NCBI GenBank assembly: GCA_041662625.1
Contig: JBAZSB010000001.1
Span: forward strand, 118,467-182,466
Length of the DNA stretch: 64,000 nt
Origin: Patescibacteria group bacterium
GTDB taxonomy: Bacteria; Patescibacteriota; Patescibacteriia; Buchananbacterales; UBA6539
Reading direction: 5' to 3'
The notes below the pieces were generated by a model. It saw only the letters and a program-made list of their open reading frames with translations, did no database searches and was not told where the DNA came from. Positions within the stretch are counted from its first letter, which is position 1; every line of letters starts with the position of its first letter. Position numbers and translations under genes: made by a program. This document shows positions 1 to 10,701 of the stretch, in pieces.

Positions 1-305
1 CCTTATGGATAGCGTCGACCAGCGATCGGGCCACGGCCTTATTCCAGAATGCCCCTCATATTCTTGCTTTATTGATGAGGTTATCCATGGGTGGTTTGAT
101 TGTAATTGCGATTTTATATACTTTAATGTTACCCACCAAACCAAAAGATTATGGCTGGCAGCATTATCTGATTATGTTACTGCAGTGGGTTTTAGTCCCA
201 GTCACTTTAATTTTATTTGGGTCCTTTCCGGCCGTTGATGCCCAAACCCGTTTGGCGCTTGGGGGTCGCTTCCGACTTGGTTTTTGGGTGACGGAGAAAA
301 AATAA
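1..305 (+). CDS. C-terminal part of a membrane glycosyltransferase-2-like protein (partial, starts before window)
   Basis: Open frame ending at 305; hydrophobic segments and 'PAVDAQTRLALG' tail; precedes two GT2 genes. Confidence 0.6.
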   Translation, partial: LWIASTSDRATALFQNAPHILALLMRLSMGGLIVIAILYTLMLPTKPKDYGWQHYLIMLLQWVLVPVTLILFGSFPAVDAQTRLALGGRFRLGFWVTEKK

Positions 306-306
306 A

Positions 307-382
307 GCGATGCTAATCTACTAATACATGCTAATGATACGAATCGTTCGTAGCATTCGCATAAATTTGCATTATTAGTATT
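307..382. repeat. AT-rich imperfect palindromic intergenic repeat, copy 1 (empty)
   Basis: gcgatgctaatctactaatacatgctaatgatacgaatc...; near-identical copy at 1413-1518. Confidence 0.85.
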
Positions 383-1411
383 ATGTCTAAAGTTTCAATC
401 CAAATTGTTACCTGGAATTCAATGCGTTATGTTTTTGATTGCCTGGAATCTTTGATGAAACAAAGCTTCCGGGATTTTTCGATTTTAGTGATTGATAATG
501 GTTCTGATGACGGAACCGTAGAATTCATCCGCTCCAATTATCCAACCGTATCAGTCCTCCAAAACTTTAAAAATCTTGGTTTTTCTAAGGCTAACAATCA
601 AGGCATTCAGTTGGCTAAAAGTGATTATGTTTTAGTGATGAATCCTGACGTTGTCCTAGCCGATGATTTTTTGGAAAAATTAGTTGTTTTTGCTGATCAG
701 CACCCAAATGGGGCAAGCTTTGGCGGAAAAGTTTTGAAGCTTCACAGTGAAGCCATTGATGATAATGATCAAAGCGGCTTGCGGGAAATGGTAAAATCCG
801 ATATCATCGACGCGGCTGGCCTGAAAATTTTTAAGAGCCGCAAAGTAATCAACCGGGGCGAGGGAGAAAAAGACAAGGGCCAATATAATAGAGCAGAAGA
901 GGTTTTTGGCCTTTCCGGGGCTTGTGTTTTATACCGGAAAGCAGCCCTGGAAGACGTAGCGGTCAAAAACGAATTTTTTGATGTTGATTTTTTTGCCTAT
1001 AAAGAAGATATTGATTTATCTTGGCGACTACGGCTTTATGGTTGGCTAAACTGGTATTATCCTGATGCCGTTTGTCATCACCGGCGCCGCTTGGTAAGTT
1101 ATGAGAGTAAAGGGGCTAAAAGAGTCATTTATCAAAGGCAAGATGTTTCTAAGTTGTTGCGGGCATTATCTTTTCGTAATCATCATTTGTTGCTAGTTAA
1201 AAATGACCAATCATTGAATATCATTTTGGATTTACCTTGGATTTTACCCCGTGAATTGAAAGTTGTAATTTATGCTTTAATTTTTGAGCCGTTTCAATAT
1301 AGAAGTCTGCTCCGATTTTTTCAGTTATTACCCTCTGTTTTGATGAAGCGGCGGATAATTATGGCTCATAAAAAAGTTCAGCCAAAAGAAATTAGAAAAT
1401 GGTTTAAATAA
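383..1411 (+). CDS. Glycosyltransferase family 2
   Basis: IDNGSDDG, NLGFSKANNQG, NPD, EDIDLSWR motifs. Confidence 0.92.
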   Translation: MSKVSIQIVTWNSMRYVFDCLESLMKQSFRDFSILVIDNGSDDGTVEFIRSNYPTVSVLQNFKNLGFSKANNQGIQLAKSDYVLVMNPDVVLADDFLEKLVVFADQHPNGASFGGKVLKLHSEAIDDNDQSGLREMVKSDIIDAAGLKIFKSRKVINRGEGEKDKGQYNRAEEVFGLSGACVLYRKAALEDVAVKNEFFDVDFFAYKEDIDLSWRLRLYGWLNWYYPDAVCHHRRRLVSYESKGAKRVIYQRQDVSKLLRALSFRNHHLLLVKNDQSLNIILDLPWILPRELKVVIYALIFEPFQYRSLLRFFQLLPSVLMKRRIIMAHKKVQPKEIRKWFK

Positions 1412-1412
1412 T

Positions 1413-1518
1413 GCGATGCTAATCTACTAATACATGCTAATGATACGAATCATTCGTAGCATTAGAATAAATTTGCTCGCCTCGCTACGCGAGTCGTAGC
1501 GGGCATTATTAGCATTAT
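1413..1518. repeat. Palindromic intergenic repeat, copy 2, with a 28-bp REP-like insert (1477-1504)
   Basis: Direct repeat of 307-382 interrupted by tcgcctcgctacgcgagtcgtagcgggc. Confidence 0.85.
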
Positions 1519-1522
1519 ATTT

Positions 1523-2389
1523 ATGGATTTATCAGTCATCATTCTAAATTACAAACAAAAAGGCTTACTTAAACAGTGTATCAAAGGAATTGTTACGGCT
1601 CAGCCTCAATTGGATTACGAATTGATTGTAGTTGACAATAATTCTGGTGATGATAGTTTGGCAATGGTGAAAAATATGTTTAAACCTGAGCTAGAGCCTG
1701 GTAAGCATCAGGTGGAGTTGCCAATTGTCAAGCCCCTTAAAGTTCCTAAGATTATTACTATTCAAGCGGTAGCTAATAATGGATTTGCGGCGGGTAATAA
1801 TTTAGGCATTAAACAAGCCCAAGGTAGATACATAATGATTCTTAATCCTGATATTGCCGTTGTCCCTGGCGCTTTAGAAAAAATGGTTGATTTTATGGAA
1901 AGAAATATCAATGCGGGAATTATTGGACCGAAATTAATTAATCCTGACGGGAGCGTTCAATATTCCTGTCGGCGCTTCCCTAAATTTTTGACCCCGATTT
2001 ATCGTCGAACAATTTTGGGCAAATTATCGTTTGCCCGGAAATCAACTAGTGATTATCTGATGACTGACTTTGATCATAGAAATAATCAGGAAGTCGACTG
2101 GCTATTTGGCGCTTGTTTGTTGATTAGAAAGTCAGTATTGGCAAAGACTGGTTTATTTGATGAACGTTTTTTCATGTATTTTGAAGATTTAGACTTATGC
2201 CGGCGGGTTTGGGAAGCAGGATTTAAAATAATTTATTTTGCCCAAGTTGAAATGGTTCATTATCACCAGCGGCTTTCAGCCGAACGTGGCGGAGTTTTAG
2301 GAATTTTCAGCCATGGCGGCCGGATTCATACTGCTTCTGGCATTAAATATTTTGCCAAGTATTTAGGGGCTAAATTACCTCAAATTTAA
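1523..2389 (+). CDS. Glycosyltransferase family 2 (rhamnosyltransferase-like)
   Basis: VVDNNSGD, NGFAAGNNLG, LNPD, FDERFFMYFEDLDLC. Confidence 0.92.
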   Translation: MDLSVIILNYKQKGLLKQCIKGIVTAQPQLDYELIVVDNNSGDDSLAMVKNMFKPELEPGKHQVELPIVKPLKVPKIITIQAVANNGFAAGNNLGIKQAQGRYIMILNPDIAVVPGALEKMVDFMERNINAGIIGPKLINPDGSVQYSCRRFPKFLTPIYRRTILGKLSFARKSTSDYLMTDFDHRNNQEVDWLFGACLLIRKSVLAKTGLFDERFFMYFEDLDLCRRVWEAGFKIIYFAQVEMVHYHQRLSAERGGVLGIFSHGGRIHTASGIKYFAKYLGAKLPQI

Positions 2390-2454
2390 ATATTTAAAGA
2401 CTAGACAAAGTTAACAAAAAAGGCTAAGATTAGGTTGCTAAAATTATATTTATT

Positions 2455-3462
2455 ATGTTAATCAAAAAAATCGGAATTGATTTAGGTACTACCAACTCAC
2501 TCGTTTATGTTCCTAAGCGAGGGATTGTTATTAATGAGCCTTCGGTCGTGGCCGTTTCGGTGATTGATAAAAAGATTTTAGCCGTTGGGGCCGAAGCCAA
2601 AGAAATGCTTGGACGAACTCCGGATACCATTATTGCCGTTCGACCGATGAAAGACGGAGTTATTGCTGACTATAAAACTACGGCCGCCATGTTACGTTAT
2701 TTTGTCAATAAATCATTAGGCGGAGTAAGGTTATTTCGGCCGGAAGTGATGGTGGCTGTTCCTGCCGGTATTACTTCGACAGAGCGGCGGGCGGTGATTG
2801 ATGCAACTATTGCCGCTGGCGCTAAAGCGGCTTATATCATCAAAGAACCAATTGTGGCCGCTATCGGTGCCGATGTGCCAATTGGTTCACCCTCCGGCCA
2901 CATGATTATTGATATTGGTGGCGGAACGTCAGAAATGGCGGTTATTTCTTTAGGCGGAATTGTGGCCTCCACTTCTGTCAGAATTGGTGGTAACCGATTT
3001 GATGCGGCGATTGCTGATTTTATTCGTCGAAAGTACAATTTAGCTATTGGTGAACGGACGGCGGAAAGAATTAAAATTAATATTGGTTCAGCGATGTATA
3101 TGGAGGAACGGTTATCAGAAGAAGTGCGGGGCCGTGATATCGTCACTGGTTTACCGCGGACAATTACCGTAACTTCCGATGATATTACCGATGCAATTCA
3201 GGGCGAGCTAGAAGGAATTATTCAGGCGGTTAAGGAAGTTTTACATAAAACACCGCCGGAGCTTTCCGCCGATGTAATTGATAAGGGAATTATTATGTCG
3301 GGGGGTTCCAGCCTTTTACGTAATATTGATCAGTTAGTTACTCGCGTTACTGGCGTGCCAGCCTATTTAGCTGATGAGCCTTTATTTTGTGTTGCTAAGG
3401 GAACAGGTATTGCCTTGGAAAATTTGGAGTCATATAAACGGAGTATTTTGGCAATTAAATAA
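2455..3462 (+). CDS. mreB: MreB/Mbl actin-like protein (stand-alone paralog)
   Basis: GIDLGTTNSLV, RPMKDGVIAD, DIGGGTSE motifs. Confidence 0.95.
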   Translation: MLIKKIGIDLGTTNSLVYVPKRGIVINEPSVVAVSVIDKKILAVGAEAKEMLGRTPDTIIAVRPMKDGVIADYKTTAAMLRYFVNKSLGGVRLFRPEVMVAVPAGITSTERRAVIDATIAAGAKAAYIIKEPIVAAIGADVPIGSPSGHMIIDIGGGTSEMAVISLGGIVASTSVRIGGNRFDAAIADFIRRKYNLAIGERTAERIKINIGSAMYMEERLSEEVRGRDIVTGLPRTITVTSDDITDAIQGELEGIIQAVKEVLHKTPPELSADVIDKGIIMSGGSSLLRNIDQLVTRVTGVPAYLADEPLFCVAKGTGIALENLESYKRSILAIK

Positions 3463-3471
3463 TTTAATAAT

Positions 3472-3750
3472 ATGACTGATGTTGAAAGAATAACTGAATC
3501 CGAAGCCCCTGCCGATATTGACAGACAAGTTTGGCTTCAGAAATGGCGGGAGTTTTTACAGTCCGAGATAATGGGTACCGATAAAGGCACATTTGAAGAA
3601 CTAAGTAAGATAGCTGGATTGTCTGATGAAGAAATAGAAAAAATCGCCCGTGGCCGTTTAGAAACGAAAACCGGTCAGGGAGAAGCTATTGAATTTCCCG
3701 ATCTACCGAAAACCGCCGCTGGATCAAGGGAGGGTCAAGAAGCCGCTTAA
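3472..3750 (+). CDS. Hypothetical acidic protein
   Basis: 92-aa ORF 9 bp after mreB; no recognised motif. Confidence 0.6.
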   Translation: MTDVERITESEAPADIDRQVWLQKWREFLQSEIMGTDKGTFEELSKIAGLSDEEIEKIARGRLETKTGQGEAIEFPDLPKTAAGSREGQEAA

Positions 3751-3914
3751 AAAGTAAGTCATCATCTTGCCTCAACTTGGCGGAGAGTTTTAGGACCGAC
3801 AATGGTCTTTTTTAAATTGGTTTAAATCGAAATTTTTGCTATAATTGCTAGTGAGGGGCGGGGGACCAAACGACGCGATTTCATATTCGCCGTAGGCGAT
3901 TCTTTAATTAAGGT

Positions 3915-4931
3915 ATGAAAGAATTTTGGAAAAAAAACAAAAAGTCAGTAATAATTTTATTTTCTCTCTTTTTAATAATTGGCCTTTGGCTTTTTTTATT
4001 TATCCTTAATTTTAACTCAGGTAAAACTGTTTACGGTGTGACTTTCAGCGAAAAGTATGCTTTAGATTTAGGCCTAGATTGGCAAAAGACTTATTTAGCG
4101 ATTCTGGATGATCTAAAAGTTAGCAATTTAAGGTTAGTTGCTTATTGGGATGAAATTGAAGCTAGGCAAGATGTCTTTAATTTTACTGATTTAGACTGGC
4201 AGTTGCAGCAGGCGCAGGCTAGAAATATCAAAGTACTTTTAGTCGTCGGCCGCCGGACGCCGCGCTGGCCTGAATGTCATGATCCGACCTGGCTTTCACC
4301 TTTAGCGCCGCTGGCCATTGAGCAACAACAGCTGGAACTTATTAAAGCCGTTATTGATCGCTACAAAGATAATCCAGCGATTTATGCTTGGCAGGTAGAA
4401 AATGAGCCGTTTTTGGCGGTTTTTGGCAAATGTCCTTTATTGGATAAACAGTTTTTGAAAAAAGAAATTAGTTTAGTTAAATCATTAGACCAAAAACCGA
4501 TTGTCATTACTGACAGTGGTGAACTGGGTTGGTGGCAGCAGGCGGCCTCGTTGGGTGATATCTTGGGTAGTACGATGTACCGGATTGTTTGGAACAAAAA
4601 TTTAGGCTTTTGGGATTACTTTTTTATCCCCCCGGCATTTTATCATTATAAAGCTGAATTGACGAAGTTTTTTCATCCCAATTTAAAAAAAGTCATAATT
4701 ACTGAATTGCAGATGGAACCCTGGACGTTTGATCGGGATATGACTGATTTGACTTGGGATGAGCAGGAGCAATCTTTTGACTTGAAGCGTTTTCAGAATA
4801 ATATTATTTATGTCCAAAAAACTGGTTTTTCCGAAGTCTATTTATGGGGAGTAGAGTACTGGTATTGGCTGATTGAGCAAGGCCATCCCGAAATTTGGCA
4901 GCAGGCCAAGACGCTTTGGCAAGTTAAATAA
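3915..4931 (+). CDS. Membrane-anchored clan GH-A-like glycoside hydrolase (beta-galactosidase/GH5-like)
   Basis: N-terminal TM; WQVENEP acid/base motif; ITELQMEPW. Confidence 0.7.
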   Translation: MKEFWKKNKKSVIILFSLFLIIGLWLFLFILNFNSGKTVYGVTFSEKYALDLGLDWQKTYLAILDDLKVSNLRLVAYWDEIEARQDVFNFTDLDWQLQQAQARNIKVLLVVGRRTPRWPECHDPTWLSPLAPLAIEQQQLELIKAVIDRYKDNPAIYAWQVENEPFLAVFGKCPLLDKQFLKKEISLVKSLDQKPIVITDSGELGWWQQAASLGDILGSTMYRIVWNKNLGFWDYFFIPPAFYHYKAELTKFFHPNLKKVIITELQMEPWTFDRDMTDLTWDEQEQSFDLKRFQNNIIYVQKTGFSEVYLWGVEYWYWLIEQGHPEIWQQAKTLWQVK

Positions 4932-5056
4932 GAAATTAAGAAAATAAAAAATTAAAACAATTAATTTCTTATTTTTTTAATTTTGTGTCATAATTAGAAC
5001 TTAATGGGGCAAAAAACAGGGCTTGCCAAATCCTTATTTTATGTTAAAATATATCT

Positions 5057-6085
5057 ATGTCAGATAGCAAAAATAATCGGTTCCAGTGGCCAATTGTTGG
5101 TCACTCTAATATTGTTAGCTATTTACAACAGAGTCTTTTGAATGGTCGTCTCGCTCAGGCTTATTTATTTGTTGGCCCCCTTCAGGTCGGCAAGACGACA
5201 ATCGTTAAAAGTTTTGTCAATTCTTTGGTTTGTGAAAATTTACATCAAGGTAAAGAATTGGTCCCTTGCGGCCAGTGTCAGCATTGTCGGCAGGTAACAA
5301 ATAAAATTCATCCGGATATTTTTTGGCTGGAAAGAATTGATAATGAAAAAACCGGCAAGTTGAAAAAAAATATTGGTATTGAGCAAATCAGGGAATTACA
5401 GAATAAATTAAGCCTTCATTCTTTTTTGGATTCATATAAAATTGCTGTTATTAACGAGGCCCAAACTTTAAGTTCGGAAGCTGCTAATTCCTTATTAAAA
5501 ACTTTAGAGGAACCGACACCCAAAACAATAATTATTCTTTTGACCACCAGCCTAGCTTCTTTGCCGCAAACCATTGTTTCTCGTTGTCAGATTTTGAAGT
5601 TTTTACCCGTCAGTAGTCAAGAAATATTTGATTATTTAATTTCATTAAAAGTTGAGCGCAAGAAAGCCAAAGTTTTGGCGGCCTTAGCTTTTGGCCGGCC
5701 TGGTCTAGCTATTGATTATTTTAATGAGCCGGAAAATTATCTTACGTTTCAGGATCAAACCAAACAGTTAATTACTTTGGTAAAAGCGGATCTTACTAGT
5801 CGTTTCAAAATTGTTAATGATTTAGCGTTAGGTAATGATGTTAATTCAATTAAAGAATCTTTGAGCAATTGGCAAAGAATTTTTCGGGATTTATCTTTGA
5901 TCAAAATTGGTGCGGAAAATTTAATTAGCAACCTGAATTTACAAACCGAACTAAAATCCCTGGCTGAAGGCTACAGCCGGGATAATTTACTGAAAATTAT
6001 GGCGGAAATTACTACTGCTAAACGTTATTTGGATGCTAATGTTAATCCTAAGTTAACCTTAGAAAATCTAATTTTAAACTTCTGA
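5057..6085 (+). CDS. holB: DNA polymerase III delta' subunit
   Basis: AYLFVGP..GK, zinc cluster, AANSLLKTLEEP, TIVSRCQ. Confidence 0.92.
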   Translation: MSDSKNNRFQWPIVGHSNIVSYLQQSLLNGRLAQAYLFVGPLQVGKTTIVKSFVNSLVCENLHQGKELVPCGQCQHCRQVTNKIHPDIFWLERIDNEKTGKLKKNIGIEQIRELQNKLSLHSFLDSYKIAVINEAQTLSSEAANSLLKTLEEPTPKTIIILLTTSLASLPQTIVSRCQILKFLPVSSQEIFDYLISLKVERKKAKVLAALAFGRPGLAIDYFNEPENYLTFQDQTKQLITLVKADLTSRFKIVNDLALGNDVNSIKESLSNWQRIFRDLSLIKIGAENLISNLNLQTELKSLAEGYSRDNLLKIMAEITTAKRYLDANVNPKLTLENLILNF

Positions 6086-6122
6086 TATAAAATAATTTTT
6101 AAACTTTTTTACTGAAAAACCT

Positions 6123-7214
6123 ATGAAAAGAATAAAAGATAGTGTGTCCGCCAAAGGCGGCAAAAAAATTCTAGTCTTACTTTTACTTTCCCTCGTTTTA
6201 ACTAGTGGTTGCGTCGTTAAATTTGGTGGTACTAGTAAAACTCCGGTTGTCGCCGGGGTCTTTAAATCATTTGATAAAGGTACTACCTGGGTGCAAAAAA
6301 GTTTATTTATTCATTCCGGCGGAACCGGCAGTATTACCGGTCTTAATGTTGTTTCTTTAAATTTTGACCCACAAGACAATAAAGCTATTTATTTGGCCTC
6401 GGCCAGTAATGGTTTGCTTTATAGTTATGATGCTGGTGACAGCTGGTTTAAAGCCAAGGGGATTCCTGATGGGAAAATCGAGTCGGTCGCCATTGATCCA
6501 AAGAATAAATGTGTTATTTATACCACTTTTGCCGTTGCTATCCGTAAGAGTGTTGATTGCAGTCGGAGCTGGCAAGAGATTTATGTTGATACTAGGGCCG
6601 ATAAAACCGTAACTGCTTTGGCCATTGATCCCGACGATAATTTGATTATTTATGCTGGTAATAGCGCTGGTGACATTTTAAAAAGTATTGACGGCGGTGG
6701 CAATTGGCAGGTGAGTAACCGTTTTGGTAATCCGATCACTAAAATTTTAATTGACCCTAATGATAGTCGGGTAATTTATGTTGCTACTAAGTCTAAAGGT
6801 ATTTTCAAAACCATTACGGCTGGTGCTGACTGGTTTGATATTAATGAGGGTTTAAAGCAATATTCCGGTTCGCTAGAATACAAAAATTTAATTTTTGACC
6901 TTAGCCAACCCGATTCACTTTTGTTGGTTGCGAAGTATGGTTTAATTAAAACAACTGATGGTGGTGCCACTTGGGAGGCAATAAAATTAATTACCCCACC
7001 GGCCAGTACGGATATTTTTTCTGTAGCAATTAACCCGCAAGATAATCAAGAGATTTATTATGCCACGGCTTCAACTTTCTACAAAACTACCGATGGTGGT
7101 CAAAATTGGATTACCAAAAGATTGCCTTCAGCTGCCGTGGCGACTTATTTATTAATTGATCCACTCGACTCAAATATTATTTATTTAGGTATGTCGAATC
7201 TTAACAAGAAATAA
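6123..7214 (+). CDS. BNR/Asp-box beta-propeller lipoprotein
   Basis: Lipobox-like LTSGC; repeated S/TxDGGxxW Asp boxes. Confidence 0.8.
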   Translation: MKRIKDSVSAKGGKKILVLLLLSLVLTSGCVVKFGGTSKTPVVAGVFKSFDKGTTWVQKSLFIHSGGTGSITGLNVVSLNFDPQDNKAIYLASASNGLLYSYDAGDSWFKAKGIPDGKIESVAIDPKNKCVIYTTFAVAIRKSVDCSRSWQEIYVDTRADKTVTALAIDPDDNLIIYAGNSAGDILKSIDGGGNWQVSNRFGNPITKILIDPNDSRVIYVATKSKGIFKTITAGADWFDINEGLKQYSGSLEYKNLIFDLSQPDSLLLVAKYGLIKTTDGGATWEAIKLITPPASTDIFSVAINPQDNQEIYYATASTFYKTTDGGQNWITKRLPSAAVATYLLIDPLDSNIIYLGMSNLNKK

Positions 7215-7219
7215 CAAAT

Positions 7220-7774
7220 ATGGGTTCATTAATTGATAATTATAAATCTGATTTTGGCCGGGTGATTGATAATTTAACTGGCGAATTAGCAACCCTGCGA
7301 GTTGGCCGAGCTAACCCGATAATGGTTGAAAATATTTTTGTTCAAGCCTATGGAGTTAAGACTCCGCTTAAGCAATTAGCCTCAATCACTGTGCCCGAAG
7401 CCCGAACGATTCTCATTCAACCTTGGGATAAAACAATTACTAAAGACGTCGAAAAAGCAATCTTTGAAGCTAATATTGGTATTAGCCCCACAAACGAAGG
7501 CGCTCAGATTCGTTTAACTATTCCGCCGTTAACTGAAGAAAGCCGGAAAGAACTCACCAAATCAGTCGGAGAGAAAATGGAAAAAGCCAGAATAGCCATG
7601 CGGCAAATCCGGGATAAAGTTAAAGAAGAAATTGTTAAGCAGGAAAAAAACAAAGAGATTACCGAAGATGACAAGTATGACTTACAGAAAAAATTGGATG
7701 AGTTAGTCAAGGATTATAATGAGCAAATTAAAAAATTAGGTGACAAAAAATCAGAGGAAATAATGACTTTATAA
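7220..7774 (+). CDS. frr: Ribosome recycling factor
   Basis: LRVGRANP, IQPWDK, PPLTEESRKEL. Confidence 0.95.
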   Translation: MGSLIDNYKSDFGRVIDNLTGELATLRVGRANPIMVENIFVQAYGVKTPLKQLASITVPEARTILIQPWDKTITKDVEKAIFEANIGISPTNEGAQIRLTIPPLTEESRKELTKSVGEKMEKARIAMRQIRDKVKEEIVKQEKNKEITEDDKYDLQKKLDELVKDYNEQIKKLGDKKSEEIMTL

Positions 7775-7779
7775 TTTTT

Positions 7780-8949
7780 ATGCTATTTACTATTGTTACT
7801 TTTTTTGCTGTTTTAGGAATTTTAGTTCTGGTCCATGAGCTTGGTCATTTTTTTGCGGCCCGAAAAGGGGGTGTTAAAGTGGAAGAATTCGGCCTTGGTT
7901 TACCGCCGCGAATTTTTGGGTTTTATAAAAATGATGAGGGCAAATGGAAGCCAGTTGGTTTGAAGACCAAACAGGTGAACGGGACAATTTGGTCTTTAAA
8001 TTGGATCCCTCTGGGTGGTTTTGTCAAAATTAAAGGTGAAGAAGGGGGTAATGCCGAAGAAGAAGATAGTTTCGCTCATAAAAGTGTCTTGCGGCGAATT
8101 TGGATTATTTCGGCTGGAGTTTTAATGAATGTAGTTTTAGCTATAGTTTTTTTAAGTTTTGGTTTAGCTTTTGGCTCACCCCAGATGATTGACGATAGTA
8201 AGTTGCCGGCTTTTGCTAAAATCCGGGACGTCCAAATCAGAATTATGGAAGTATTGCCAGATTCACCGGCGGCGCGGGCTGGCTTGGAAGTAGCTGATAC
8301 TCTTTTGACAGTTGATGGCCAGACTTTTAGTCGAGTTGAAGATTTTCAAGATTACTTTAATCAGAAAATTGGCATTACTGTCCAACTAGAAATCGAAAGA
8401 AAACAAAAAAAACTAGCCAAAGAATTAGTACCCGAAGTAATTCCCCAAATTGGCCGGGGCGGCATGGGAGTGGCCTTGGTCCAGACTGGTTTTGTTTCTT
8501 ATCCCTGGTATATTGCGCCTTTCTACGGAGTGATAGAAACCGTCAAAATGATTGGCGGAATAATTATGGGTTTTTATCTAATTATTAAAAGCTTGATTAT
8601 ATCTCAGCAGATGATCGGCGATGTTTATGGCCCTGTTGGTATTGCCACTTTAGTTGGCGATGCCGCCCGTTTAGGCTTTTTATATATTTTGCAATTCACA
8701 GCAATGTTATCAGTTATTATCGCGGTGATCAATTTTTTGCCATTTCCGGCTTTGGATGGGGGACGAGTATTCTTTTTACTGATTGAAGGATTACGCGGTA
8801 AGCCAGTAAATCAAAAATTAGAAACTGCCATGCATAACATTGGCTTTGCTTTGTTGATGATTTTAGCCGTAGTTATTACTTTTCGCGATATCGCTCGGAT
8901 TTCTTCCGGTTTTTTGGGCTGGTGGCAGAAGATCTCAGGACTCTTCTAG
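7780..8949 (+). CDS. rseP: RseP/M50 intramembrane metalloprotease with PDZ
   Basis: HELGH, PLGGFVKI, NFLPFPALDGG. Confidence 0.93.
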   Translation: MLFTIVTFFAVLGILVLVHELGHFFAARKGGVKVEEFGLGLPPRIFGFYKNDEGKWKPVGLKTKQVNGTIWSLNWIPLGGFVKIKGEEGGNAEEEDSFAHKSVLRRIWIISAGVLMNVVLAIVFLSFGLAFGSPQMIDDSKLPAFAKIRDVQIRIMEVLPDSPAARAGLEVADTLLTVDGQTFSRVEDFQDYFNQKIGITVQLEIERKQKKLAKELVPEVIPQIGRGGMGVALVQTGFVSYPWYIAPFYGVIETVKMIGGIIMGFYLIIKSLIISQQMIGDVYGPVGIATLVGDAARLGFLYILQFTAMLSVIIAVINFLPFPALDGGRVFFLLIEGLRGKPVNQKLETAMHNIGFALLMILAVVITFRDIARISSGFLGWWQKISGLF

Positions 8950-8985
8950 ATAGTGGATTTTTTTGACTCCCTAGTAATTCACCTT

Positions 8986-9360
8986 ATGAAGATTTATTTG
9001 CCTTTTGAGTTTCAAATCAATTTAAGGATTTTTTTTCAGCGTGCAGGTTATACGGAGTTCAATGATCCCAATACCGGCAAAAGCAGTTATACTAAAAGAT
9101 TAAGTCATGATTATTATCCTCGGTTTCACTTATATGTTGAAACCGATAAAGATAACCGGAAATTTTTCAATTTACACTTAGACCAAAAAAAACCATCTTA
9201 TGCCGGTTCTTCCGCTCATAATGCCGAATATGATAGCCAAATTGTGATTCAGGAAGCTGAACGATTAAAGGGGCTGATAAAAAACCAGCAGGATAATGAA
9301 AAGCAGCAGCAAAAGCCAGTAGCCGAAAATAGAGGGTTTTGGAGTAAATTGTTTCATTAA
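8986..9360 (+). CDS. Hypothetical protein
   Basis: ORF between rseP and proS with YPRFHLY and HLDQKKPSY segments; ATG 8986 preferred over GTG 8953. Confidence 0.7.
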   Translation: MKIYLPFEFQINLRIFFQRAGYTEFNDPNTGKSSYTKRLSHDYYPRFHLYVETDKDNRKFFNLHLDQKKPSYAGSSAHNAEYDSQIVIQEAERLKGLIKNQQDNEKQQQKPVAENRGFWSKLFH

Positions 9361-9441
9361 AATAAGAAATTGAAAAATTAAGAAAATAAAAAATTAAGGC
9401 CATTATTTTCTTAATTTCTTACTTTTTTATTTCTTTATTCC

Positions 9442-10677
9442 ATGCTTCAATCTAAACTTTTTGGTAAAACTTTAAAAGAACCGCCAAAAGACGAAGTCAG
9501 TATCAATGCGGTTATGCTTACCCGGGGCGGGTTTATTGATAAACTTACAGCCGGGGTTTATACTTATCTGCCGCTGGGTTTACGGGTTTTAAATAAAATT
9601 AAACAGATTGTTCGCGAAGAAATGAATGCCATCGATGGTCAAGAAATTTTAATGCCGGCTTTGCATCCTAAAGAAATCTGGGAAATCACCGGCCGCTGGA
9701 CTGATCCGGGTAAAGAGGTAATGTTTGAATTCAAGGGCAGAAGTAATAAAGAATATGGCTTAGGCTGGACCCACGAAGAAGTAATTACACCGCTAGTAAA
9801 AAAATTCGTTAATTCCTACAAAGATTTGCCAGTTTATCTTTACCAAATTCAGGATAAATTCCGAAACGAGCCGCGGGCCAAATCCGGGCTTTTGCGCGGC
9901 ATCGAATTTTCCATGAAAGATTTATACAGTTTTAATCGTAATGAAAAGGATTTAGAAGAATATTATCAGGAGGCCTTACAAGCTTATAGCAAAGTATTTA
10001 AGCGCTGCGGTTTGGACGCATTAGTAGTTGAAGCTTCAGGCGGCAGCTTTTCCAAATATTCTCATGAGTTTCAAGTTTTAACACCATATGGCGAAGACAC
10101 GATTTATTTTTGTGAAAAATGCCATTATGCCCAAAACAAAGATATCGCTACAGTGAAAGCTGGTGATCGATGCCCTAAGTGCGGGGGTGAAATTAAAGAA
10201 GGCAAAGCAATAGAAGTGAGCAATATTTTTCCTTTAAAAACAAAATATTCCGAGCCTTTTAAGCTGGAATATGTTGATGAAGATGGCAAGAAAAAACCAG
10301 TGATGATGGGTTGCTATGGCATTGGGCCAAGCCGGGTAATGGGCTCGGTGGTTGAAGTTTTTCACGACGAAAAAGGCATTATTTGGCCTGAAAGTATCGC
10401 GCCTTTTAAAGTCCACTTGTTGGTTTTGGGGACTGAAGGGGCGGTTGTCAAAAAAGCTAAAGAGGTGTACGATAAATTACTTAAAAGCGATGTTGAAGTC
10501 TTATTTGATGACCGGACTGAAATCAGCGCCGGTCAGAAATTTGCCGAGGCGGATTTGCTGGGTATCCCTTACCGTTTAGTGGTTTCGGGCAAAACTGGCG
10601 ACCAAATTGAAGTTAAAAAACGAAGTGAAACTAAAGCGGAAATAATGGCTTTAGATAAATTGATAAAAAAATTGTAA
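9442..10677 (+). CDS. proS: Prolyl-tRNA synthetase (short, no INS editing domain)
   Basis: THEE, KFRNEPRAKSGLLRG, MGCYGIG. Confidence 0.95.
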   Translation: MLQSKLFGKTLKEPPKDEVSINAVMLTRGGFIDKLTAGVYTYLPLGLRVLNKIKQIVREEMNAIDGQEILMPALHPKEIWEITGRWTDPGKEVMFEFKGRSNKEYGLGWTHEEVITPLVKKFVNSYKDLPVYLYQIQDKFRNEPRAKSGLLRGIEFSMKDLYSFNRNEKDLEEYYQEALQAYSKVFKRCGLDALVVEASGGSFSKYSHEFQVLTPYGEDTIYFCEKCHYAQNKDIATVKAGDRCPKCGGEIKEGKAIEVSNIFPLKTKYSEPFKLEYVDEDGKKKPVMMGCYGIGPSRVMGSVVEVFHDEKGIIWPESIAPFKVHLLVLGTEGAVVKKAKEVYDKLLKSDVEVLFDDRTEISAGQKFAEADLLGIPYRLVVSGKTGDQIEVKKRSETKAEIMALDKLIKKL

Positions 10678-10701
10678 GTTTACCAGTTTGATTTTCTTAT
10701 T

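Noticed and set aside
5022-5050. dif-like TTATGTTAAA upstream of holB
   Set aside because: Better explained as a TTGCCA-17-TAAAAT promoter.
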